Origin: Macrostomum lignano
Lineage: Eukaryota
DNA length: 64,000 nt
Reading direction: 5' to 3'
Assembly: GCA_002269645.1 (NCBI GenBank)
Contig: NIVC01000940.1
Location: 16,839-80,838 of the forward strand
The position numbers were made by a program, and so were the translations under genes. Of this stretch, positions 21,358 through 32,900 are shown one piece after another (position 1 is the stretch's first letter; the number at the start of each line of letters is the position of its first letter). The notes under the pieces are model-generated. The model saw only the letters and a list, made by a program, of their open reading frames with translations, did not search any database and was not told the DNA's origin.

Positions 21358-22499
21358 TCAGCCGCTGTAGGTCGCTGACTGTTTTGTGAGGCCCTTGCGG
21401 CTGAAAGCGGAGGGTTGGTGACTTGGTGGGTTGTTGGTTTTGATTTTTGTGCGTTGGTGGGTTGGTGGGTTGGTGATTTGATGGTTTGTTGGTTGTTCGG
21501 TTTGGTTCGCTGGTGGGTTGTTGGGTTTGGTCTGGTGGGTTGGTGGGTTGATGGGTTGGTGGGTTGGAGGGTTGGTGGGTTGGAGGGTTGGTTGGTTGGT
21601 TGGTTAGTTGGTAGGTTGGTGGGTTGGTGGGTTGGTGGGTTGGTGGGTTGATGGGTTGGTGGGTTGGAGGGTTGGTGGGTTGGTGGGTTGATGGGTTGGT
21701 GGGTTGGTGGGTTGGTTGGTGGGTTGGTTGGTAGGTTGGTGGGTTGGTGGGTTGGTTGGTTGGTTGGTTGGTTGGTGGGTTGGTTGGTTGGTGGGTTGGT
21801 TGGTGGGTTGGGGGGTTGGTTAGTTGGTTGGTGGGTTGTCTGAACTTTTTAAACGCTGTGCTTTACAAAATTTCAGTAGGACATTAAGCTGTGAACCGTC
21901 CTGGGCCAAATCTGCTCTGCGCTGGGCCATTGTGCTTTATGAAGTACTACTTTACTTAGCTCCCAGGAAACATTTGATTTTCAGTATATTGGGAGCTAGT
22001 TGTCCCCAGCTGCCAAAGCCGAAGATGTCGCTCACCCTTCCCTGACGAAGGTGTCGAGGGTGATCATATCGTTGTCCCCGCCGGGCGGGTACCGATCGAA
22101 ATGGCTGAGGCCCAGCGTCTCCATGGCCTCAGCGTACTGGTTCTTCGTCACGTAGCCGCGGCCCGCCGCGTCCAGCATGTGGAAGATGGCAGTCAGGTTG
22201 GAGTCGTCGAACAGGCACGGTGCCTTCTCCGGGGCCGTCTTGCTGCCCGCCAGGGTCTTCAGGTGCTCCACCATGAAGGCTTTGGGGTCGTCTGTGAGTG
22301 GAGCGACAAGGCAGTTAAGTCTCTGGTGTACATAACTTCATGAAGATAAAATAAATTTGCAATTTGTATAACTTGTACCAAAAATAAACTCACTCGGCAG
22401 CTCAAAAATCAACTGAGCGCTCAGGTTGTTGAACAATTCGCGAATTTTATGCTTCTGCAAGTACATCTCCGCCTCTTGCTGTCTTGGCCAGTTCTCCAT
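21358..22499 (-). CDS. EFCAB10: EF-hand calcium-binding domain protein 10-like, 134 aa; exons 22499-22394, 22291-22036, 21400-21358
   Basis: RIIa-like docking start ([38 protein letters not shown]) plus EF-hand ([34 protein letters not shown]...ITLDTF); phase-compatible GT-AG introns; 405 nt. Confidence 0.85.
21410..21838. repeat. GGTT/GGTG microsatellite in EFCAB10 intron 2
   Basis: Tandem GGTTGGTG units. Confidence 0.95.
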
Positions 22500-23966
22500 T
22501 ATTTTAGTTGGCTCAGTAGCTGATGCAAAGCTGGAATATTTTTAGTTAGCTTTTCGTTACATTTGGCGAATATCCGCGAAGTTTGAAACAATAGATTCGT
22601 TTAAAGTAACAAGCACAATGGTTCGGCAATAACAAAGTGGTAAAATTATCCACGATAAGGACTGTTCACACCGCCATAAAACTAGGCCAATCTTGTGCGA
22701 TCGCAGTGACCGCACGACCTGTAAATATATTTTCGTCGCTTTGCAAATCAGTCATGTGATTTAAAAGTCAATTTGCTGGCAGTAAGAACGAGCTAAAGCC
22801 TTAAACAAAAAAATGCAAAATGAGATAAAAATGAAAAAGTGTGTGCCAACACAAATCATGAAGATTAGAATTTAGAATTAGAATTCATTAGAATTATAAT
22901 TTTCATTATAATTTCATTAGAATTTTCATTTCTAATTTTCATTAGAATTTCCATTAGAATTTTCAATGACAAGTTCTAGGCCTATTAGTTTTATTTGCTA
23001 TCAACGATTTAAGATTGCATTGCAGTAGTACAGTATAACATAGAGAAAAAAGGCAATATTTCTAAATGTTGCATAAATTCTATCATTTGATTCAGATCAG
23101 ATCAAAATAGACTAGACTGTGTTCTATTTTTAATATTCTAGAAGTTCGGTGCGGAGCCGAGATAAAGCACATAACTAAACAGAACCATTGCATATTCTGC
23201 TAAAAGTTTTATTAAGTTCGAAAACTTAGAAAAGTTAAAAGTTTATAACAGTATGTTTTGACAACACGGAATGAAAGCTAGTTGACTTCAGCTTAGAGAA
23301 ATACCTGAAACGCCTGATACCAAACCAATAAAATCAGATAAAGTCGATTGATTTGGATTGATGTGTACTATACACGATTGAAAAAATTTTCTTAAAATAT
23401 TTTTAAGTTAAATTTTGTCTGAAACTGAGGTATCAAAACTGTCAAATCTTAAACTGTTTAAGCTTATAAACATTGATATAGAATTATTTTAAAGTAAGTT
23501 TATAAGTAATATTAACTGCTTTTATAGTATAACTATGCCTTTTGAATTACTTGACTTTGGTTTACTGTGCACATAACATTTTCAAATGAAAAGAAACACG
23601 TTTGCCAAAATTTATAGACAAATACCTCGATTTGGTGGTCTTGTTCATTTTTTGTTAAATCATAAGCTCATCTACCGTTCCACGACAGGGGAAGTTAGTC
23701 CAATGAGTACATTGCTATAGTTTTCAGTTTAGCCCCTGATCTAATAGTGGATTCACTTTAAGGCAAGACTCGCGACCACGATTCTTAAACTAGTGCCTAG
23801 GTCAGTAAGGTCACTAGGTTTTAGGAGTTTAGTAATTTAACTGTGTAGGTTTTATTGTAAAGCCCAATTCTGCAATATATGAATATACTAGATTGATTTA
23901 TTGTGAGTTGTGTAAAATAGTACCATTACTACTAGTTTGTAATTGCATACAATGTAGGCTAACTTC

Positions 23967-26900
23967 ATGGAGGAAAAGAGTGCAACTGCTAATAATGACT
24001 CTGACACTTCTACTTCGACTTGCTCTAGTCAATTAGAAACGCAAAGTAAGAAGCTTCAGTCTTCTTATCTTGATTCAACATGTAATGATTTAGAAGTGTC
24101 ACAGAATCACTTTGATTCAGCCAAACCTTCATCCTTTTTTATTAGATTTCATGGTGCAATTAGTATGTTCTATTCAAAAAACAAAGAACTAGTTGTTGTT
24201 TTATGTTTGAGTGCACTTTGGTTTTTATCTAATATTACTATATTAAGGTAAGAACTTATTTCTTTTTTGTTTTTAAGCTATAAGCCCATTTTTATAATTA
24301 ATCTTATAATCTTAATTTGAAATATAATTGAATTATAATGCTTATCTAATTATCATTATTGTTATATCTAATGAGGACTAATAATCAGGTGCATGATTAA
24401 AACTGCCACACAGCAATACTGGAGACTGCCACAACTATTACTGGCTCCTAGTATTAAGGAGGAGCTACTAATCTTCTAGCATTGGTTCCTCTCTTGCAGG
24501 CTTGTCCTGCTAGCTTTCCTACTCATCTTCTCTCTAGCACCATTCAATAATACATTGAGCCAAATTCTTCCCCTAGCTCCTTAAGTATGATGGTCTTGGT
24601 GTGTAGCAGTCTTGGTCCTACACCAATAATCAATATATAAACTAAGAAATCATGTAAGGAATAGTTTTATTTTTATCTAAGCTAAAGATAAGACTAGCCT
24701 AGTAAAATTTTGAAAGCTATTAACTTATTTTTAAATATTTATATTTTATTTGACTAGTCACTAACTAAATTTGCATTGCAATAAGTAAAAAAAACATCTG
24801 ATCTTACATTTGTTTTGATGTCTAGTCTTTAGTTTTTAAGATTAAAATATATAAGAAAACCATAAAAGAACTTTTTTACTATTTTTTGTTATATAATATA
24901 TTGGCAATTTCCTAGATTCATATGTTTAATTATTTTCTATTTGAAATGGTACATTTACATGGTGCAGTCATGCTAAAGTGATATGGCATATAGTCTATGG
25001 TCCTCGTAGTCTATAGTCTATAGAATAAAGGTCTAAAGGTGATAAGAATGAAAGCAATAGTGAAGGGAAGGGATTAGCTGCAAATATCAAAGCTGCAAAT
25101 ATTGAAACTCAAAACATGGCCAATAGACCTCTAGCACCTACAATAATTGTGTTGCCTGCAATTTTGGGACTTAGGTGCAACACTACTACAGTATTTAATA
25201 CCCCTTAATACCATTTAAGAAACAAACTATTGATATTATAAACTTTTATTGACGTTTAACTACTAGTTCTTAACTTGTTCTGTTGCCCATTTGTTTTTGC
25301 ATTACATAAATGCGCAAATTCAAATGGAAAATAATTAAACGTGCAAATCTAGGAAATTGCCAATAAATTATATATATACATTAACTCTTTTTTCCTCTTT
25401 TAGTAGACATAATTTGGTATACTAAAAATTTTTTCCTCACTAGGGGCAATAAATTTAACCTATTAAATAGATATTAATATGATAGTCATAAATTTGTCTA
25501 AAGTTTAAGCATATTTAAAAATAAAAATTGTTAAAAGTTGAAAAATTTTCTTATATTATATTGGCTATACATTCTATGTGATTCTAATGAACTTTTATAA
25601 TAGAACTTTTTATTTTTTTCAATTTAAAAAATGCAAATGCATAGGTCTATTCTTAGTAAATGTCATAGTTTTTAAAAAAAACCATTTCTATTAAAAAATG
25701 ACATTCTATTATATTTCAATAAAAGCCAAATAAATAATTTTTTAATGAGAGTTTTTTCTTTTTAACAAAGTATTTTTCTCTTCTAGTTCATGTTTGCTTT
25801 TTATTCTATATAAGCCTAATTGCATTAAAAAGTTTTTATTTGTAAAAAACCTATTTTTTTTATTAAAATTTGCCTTTTATACCCCATTAGAGCGAATAGG
25901 GGTTTTTGCGGACAACGTCCGGCGCGCTTGTGAAAAATTGCCTGCGCGGCTGCGCAGAAAGAAATTTCTGTCCGCGCACAAGGTGCATGGCGCGTGCGCA
26001 GCGCGCGCCATGCACCTTGTGCGCGTAATGTTACTAGCATATATGTAGATCTGCACGCAGCGCGCACCATGCACCTTGTGCGCGTAATGTTACTAGCATA
26101 TATGTAGATCTGCACGCAGCGCGCACCATGCACCTTGTGCGCGTAATGTTACTAGCATATATGTAGATCTGCACGCAGCGCGCACCATGCACCTTGTGCG
26201 CGTAATGTTACTAGCATATATGTAGATCTGCACGCAGCGCGCACCATGCACCTTGTGCGCGTAATGTTACTAGCATATATGTAGATCTGCACGCAGCGCG
26301 CACCATGCACCTTGTGCGCGTAATGTTACTAGCATATATGTAGATCTGCACGCAGCGCGCACCATGCACCTTGTGCGCGTAATGTTACTAGCATATATGT
26401 AGATCTGCACGCAGCGCGCACCATGCACCTTGTGCGCGTAATGTTACTAGCATATATGTAGATCTGCACGCAGCGCGCACCATGCACCTTGTGCGCGTAA
26501 TGTTACTAGCATATATGTAGATCTGCATGCAGCACCATCTATTGTGCGCGTAATGTTACTAGCATATATGTAGATCTGCAGTAGCGCGCACCATGCACCT
26601 TGTGCGCGTTGTTACTAGCATATATGTAGATCTGCACGCAAATGCACCTTGTGCGCGTAATGTTACTAGCATATATGTATCTGCACGCAGCGCGCACCAT
26701 GCACCTTGTGCGCGTAATGTTACTAGCATATATGTAGATCTGCACGCAGCGCGCACCATGCACCTTGTGCGCGTAATGTTACTAGCATATATGTAGATCT
26801 GCACGCAGCGCGCACCATGCACCTTGTGCGCGTAATGTTACTAGCATATATGTAGATCTGCACGCAGCGCGCACCATGCACCTTGTGCGCGTAATGTTAC

Positions 26901-29900
26901 TAGCATATATGTAGATCTGCACGCAGCGCGCACCATGCACCTTGTGCGCGTAATGTTACTAGCATATATGTAGATCTGCACGCAGCGCGCACCATGCACC
27001 TTGTGCGCGTAATGTTACTAGCATATATGTAGATCTGCACGCAGCGCGCACCATGCACCTTGTGCGCGTAATGTTACTAGCATATATGTAGATCTGCACG
27101 CAGCGCGCACCATGCACCTTGTGCGCGTAATGTTACTAGCATATATGTAGATCTGCACGCAGCGCGCACCATGCACCTTGTGCGCGTAATGTTACTAGCA
27201 TATATGTAGATCTGCACGCAGCGCGCACCATGCACCTTGTGCGCGTAATGTTACTAGCATATATGTAGATCTGCACGCAGCGCGCACCATGCACCTTGCG
27301 CACATAACGTAGCGTATGTAGATTTGGTATAACAAACAGTTGTGCACCCTTGTGCCTTTCAGGCTTTCACTAGTGTCTTGTATGCTTTATAAATTTACAT
27401 ATGTACATGTACATGCAGGTGCAATGCTACATGAGTGAATGCCAGTGCCTGATCTGCACCCACACCTTGTTCACCTATATACATTTATGTCATGTACTAT
27501 ATAATACATTTATACGTACATGTAGGTGCGATGCTACATGTAAAGCAGTTAGGCATGTACCCGTGCCTTGCACCCGCACCTTGTGCGCTTATAAGTTCAG
27601 TATACATTTATGTATTAAAGTACAATGCTACTAGCAGTGCTCACCCATGCTTGCTTAATTGCACCTGCGCCTTGTGCGCTTACTCAAGTACATTTAACAT
27701 GTATGAGCCAGCAGCCAATTCTACCCTTAATGGACTTTGCAGATTTGGTATTGTATATTTAGATGATTTAGTATATTAAGATAAGATTTAGTATATTGTG
27801 AAAGATAGTTGGATTGGTAGCTACCTAATTTTTTGTGTCTAGCAATTTAATGCAATGATATAATAGCTAATTGGGACGAGAAGCGGAGCAAAGACATAGA
27901 AGCAAAGAGAGAGTGGCTACTGACTGCAAGTGTATATATAGAGATTACAACACCCCTAATCCAAAACCTAGACAAACCCCCACGTAATGTGCAATGTACA
28001 AATAATCGATAAAATATATCATGCAAGAATATCATACGTCAGAATATGTACAAATATGGAACTGCTTTACAAGAAATAATATAACGATATGAATGAAATA
28101 CAAATAATACAGATTGTCATGTTTGAATAGTTTATTTCAAAACAATATGCAATTCTAGCGGTGCATGCCTATGTTCGATGCACAATGTAACGTAAACATG
28201 TGTACAACGTAATTTACTCGTGTTAGATTTTCTTAGAAAAATTCAAATTTTGTAGGCTTAATTTAGTCGTCACTGACATCCGTAAATCTAGCGCTCCTAT
28301 CCAACGAATGATAGCATCCCTGAACTGGCTGCACCGCAAAATTCAACGCGGAAAAATTCTTGTGAAGGCATACCAAGTTGCCGAACGAATCCACGACAGG
28401 CGCGCTAGAAAGACAAAATCTTTCAGCAAAACACGTTTTGTCTCGTCCAGTTTCACCATGGTGCAGGCTACTGTAACGGAGCTCCGAATTTGGCTGACGA
28501 CACTAAACGAGACGCCTCTGTCTCGCAAAAACCGCGAAGTTTTAGCGTACCTGCAGTCCACGGCTTTTGTTACTGAGTTGCTGATCTTCAGCGAAGTGAT
28601 GAAACCGTTCTGCGCAACTATGCTACGCTGCCAGAATCTACAGCTGCCTGTCTGGAGCATGGTCGAGGATATCTCGAGGCTGTCTGTGGAGCTGGAGCAA
28701 AAAAAAACTGCTTTATCCCAATTACACGAGCTCGCGAACATGGATAGAGAGCTCGATTCATTTGCGTCAGCTACTGCAGCAAATCATGATCTCCGGCAGC
28801 ATCTGCCACTGCTGTTTACCAACTTAACTGACCTACAGCAGGGTGTCTACCACGACGTTGATTTGGCCACTACCACCACTGTTCCTCGGTGTATTTTAGA
28901 TCGTAGGTGCCGGCACGTCAGTGACAGTGAGGACTCGAGCAGCGACTCAGAGTCAGATTCTGAATTGGAGGTTAGGCACGCTGGTCGCAACGTCAGATCA
29001 ACTTTTAAATCGGCCTTGTCAGCAGGCGTTGAGTTGGTGACAGCCTTAGGTGACCGTCTCAGTGTACGAACGTCCCACTCCATCCCGAGTTTTATTAACC
29101 TTCTGTCGTCGGCGTTTGGCCTTGCTGGTTATGTTGGAGCCATGTGCGGTCGTCTTCGTCGTGGTTCTTCCGGCGCCACAGTGTTTTTGCGGCATGAAGC
29201 GCACTTCGTGGTCTATGGTCGAAATGCTTTCAGCATGGCCGCTGAAGCCGCTCGTTCACGACGCAGTCTGCGCGACCTATTCGATTCAGCCGACTTGCAA
29301 CCAGTTGATCTGCACACCCTCTGGTGCGACACGCTGAAACAGATTGTCTGGAGTGAAGATAGCACCTCGGCCCACTGTCGGCGAGTGCTTTTCGGTGACA
29401 CTGTGCCAGACGACCGAGTGCTGACGCTGGCGTTAACCGAAGTGTCAGATGAATTTGCGATTGATTTCGGACAAGGACCTGTTAAACTGAAAGTACAGGA
29501 ACAGGCGTTTATTAAAGCTATGTACAACGACGACCAACTGTACACACGATTTGGCAAGCCACTTTGTGCGCTCTTAGATTGGGCCCTTGCCAAGGGCTGC
29601 CCTGAGGCCATCGTGGAGAGCTTGTACACTTCGATGGAGCGGCAGTGCATGCAAGGCGCACTTCAACTGTCTAGTACGCTAGAGTTGCGCACCCGCTTGG
29701 CGTGGCATTTACCGCGTACTCTTGCTGCCATACCCACGAATGTACTTGAACGGATTAGTCGCGAGTGGCTGACGTCGCACCCGGTTACGTTTTTGTCTGC
29801 TGGATCAAATAAGCGGAAGCAGGAGGTGCTAGAGCGACTGAAATCTGAAGAAGGTCGTGTTCGGCTGAAGTAGATTTTATTATACATGATGTATAACATG

Positions 29901-32900
29901 TTACTGTCACATCATTTAGCTAGCAACGATTTTTTATCTGCCCTCGTTTTCTGTTGTTGTCCGCTCATCACTGCATGAGAGATGAGACTATTTCTCTAGG
30001 CTGCAGAATATAGTTCGACTTGAACGAGTAAGGCCACTTAGGGGCCTGTGGCTGCACGCCACTGCTAGTTGAGCTGTATTGTATCCAGTTAAGGCCACTT
30101 AGGAGCCTGTGGCTGCACGCCACTGCTAGTTGAGCTGTATTGTATCCAGTTAAGGCCACTTAGGGGCCTGTGGCTGCACGCCACTGCTAGTTGAGCTGTA
30201 TTGTATCCAGTTAAGGCCACTTAGGAGCCTGTGGCTGCACGCCACTGCTAGTTGAACTGTATTGTATCCAGTTAAGGCCACTTAGGAGCCTGTGGCTGCA
30301 CGCCACTGCTAGTTGAGCTGAGAATTGAGCTGTACAGTATTCAGTGAAAACGGATAATCTAGACATTGATACTGCATAGATTGAATGCAGCTGAGCTTTA
30401 CTATAATTTTTTTTATTTCTGCTTCCAATTTTTAATCACACTAAGAAACTGAAAACGCCTTTATCTCGTCTACAGTGAACTTGTTACTTGAATCTTAGCA
30501 TTTTTTTTACTTTGCCAGTTAAGATCTTTTACATGCATTACAGGTGCAAAATTCGGTGCCTAAATTCTTTTCATTTCTAAGTATATCTATTCAATTTTAG
30601 TATAGTTGTTATCACATTTATCATGTTGTGTGAAGGCAATCTATTGACACGTTGTTATTAAAAGAAAGAGAATTCAATCATATCAGTTTATATTCCAAGT
30701 TAGTTGTTCATACTTTTTACGAATGTAGTTTTGTTTTCAAGTTGGTTTGTTTGTTGTTAACTTTGCTTTTAAGAACTCAAAAAATACTTGTTTGCAATTT
30801 TCCACTCCTGATTAGAGTGATTGCGCGTTTGCGCTTTTTTTCTCAAAACCAATTGCGCACCTGCGCACCTAGCAGGAGTGTCCGCAGCTTTTTTAAATTC
30901 GCTCCAATAGGGCTTTTATATACATATTCGCAAGTCATGGGACCCCCACTAAAGTCTATATCAAAGTTATGATCAACTGATTTTGACCATAGGCCTATTT
31001 GACCTAGTGGCTTAGCCAATAGTAAAAAGGTGACCTTTGTCACTTGCCACAAAAAGGTTTAGTAACAATATATTATTATCAGGGGCTTAATGCTATGGCC
31101 CAAAGTCCAAAAAGTAGACTTTATGCCTAAAAAAATCAGTGGTGTATATCATAAAAAAGTTGCCATAAGAACAACTTTATTCTTATAAAATTTTCATTGA
31201 AAATTATATTAGCATAAAATTGAAAACTTTAATTTTCATTTTGGCATATACCTACCATAATCTTGACTATATACTTAATGCAATATGTATTTAAAGGGTC
31301 CCTAATACACCTGACAACAACAACAAAATATGCGGCCTTGCAAGCAAAGGCCAAAGGTCACATTTAAAGCAAGACATGTCAGATAGTGCACCACAGAGCC
31401 TGGGAATGAACAAAGTCCACTCCATTGGCAGTGTTGGGTGCCCCAGTGTTGCACAGTGAGCAGTCCTTATATTGATGGGTTTGGGCCTGACCCTGCCTTA
31501 ATGGACCCTGCAAGGTGAGCAGCAGGTGCAAGGTGAGTAGCAGGTGCAAGGTGAGCAGCAGGTGCAAGGTGAGCAGCAGGTGCAAAGTGAGCAGCAGGTG
31601 CAAAGTGACAATCATAACACAAGGTTGTATACCTAACATAATCATGGTATATATTAAGGTCCTTGGTACACATGGTATATATCTATTTCTATGTATTATA
31701 TTCTATGTATATAATAGAGCAATCTATTTGCTCTAAGGAAAAATAGAAGTCTTTGTTGAGTGTAATACATTGTATGCAAACTTTGCTATATAAGGGTAGT
31801 TACTTTTCTTTTTTTCTTTCTTTTCTTTCTTAATTTTAATTGAAAACCAACTATATTTAACCAAAACAACAGCTTTTGGGTGAAATACTATTTTAAAACC
31901 CAAATTTCTAGTTGCTATTCAATTTGATATGCATTTTTAGCTATCATGCTTAAGAATAGCCCATTTTAAATTATTATAAATATATTATAAATAATTAGAT
32001 ATTTGTTGCTTCAATTTTTAGTCTCAAATTTGTTTAGGTTCTATTTATTTATTTAAAAATATTCTATAGGGCCTGGCTTTAAGCAGTAGCATTTTATGTA
32101 TTTACATTGTTTACTATGGCCATTAATAATCTTCTAATACTAAATGGTAGACTTCTAGATAGTATGCATTCCCTAAATGACAAACTAATGAGAAGTTTAA
32201 ATATATCAATAATAATAAGAAAGTCAAACATATTTGTTCTATAGCATTATTTAAAAGTGTCCCTTAGCATCCTAGCACTTTCTGTCTTTGGTATATTAGC
32301 ATTTCTCTGCTAATTTGAGGAGTCTTTGTGCCTTTGAGAATTCGCATAAATGAGTTTGTTTTATCTGCAATGCAATCTGCAATCTTGCAATCTGCAATGC
32401 AAGGCAAGTGGGCTAATTATCAACTACCTGCTCCACACCTTATCTGACAGATCAAAGGAGGTTCGCTACCAGCAGTACAGGCCCCTGTTCCCTGCTGGTG
32501 AGCACCTGGCCTTGGCTGACCACCCCGATGGCAGTCTGGGCTTCCTGCACCCGCTGAACCGCAGCCGGCAGGATTACCTGCTCATGCTGTATGCGCCCTG
32601 GGATGCCGAGTCTGTCCAGGCCAAGCCCACGTTTTCGTCTCTGGCCTTGCTTAATCCTCAGCTGACCTTTGCCGCTGTGGCCTGCTGGAATGTCTCCAGT
32701 GAGTTCTGCTGGGATGCGCGTGTCATGGCAAATTGCCTGAGCTTTTGTGGAGCTCTGAACTTTTTATGGTTTGCTTTGCTATTGAGTACAGTGTGATTCA
32801 AACTGAGTTTTGTGGCTGTGCCGCCACCCTCCCAGATTTTCAGTTGCTGGGCCAGCCTTCCAGATCCTCAGTCGCTGGGCCACACTCTCAGATCCTCAGT

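Larger units (their letters stand above)
25882..30912 (+). mobile_element. 5031-bp hAT-like DNA transposon in TXNDC11 intron 1
   Basis: 16-bp TIR CCCCATTAGAGCGAAT vs the reverse complement of ATTCGCTCCAATAGGG (14/16); perfect 8-bp TSD CTTTTATA at 25874-25881 and 30913-30920; internal transposase-like ORF. Confidence 0.8.

Noticed and set aside
26010-27298. CRISPR-like appearance of regular repeats (also at 1495-2200, 41866-42228 and others)
   Set aside because: Head-to-tail units without unique spacers, no cas genes, eukaryotic context
28166-28183. CLCSMH as the CxxH motif of the hAT-like transposase
   Set aside because: No GT donor gives the expected CxxHxLNL spacing; left unassigned
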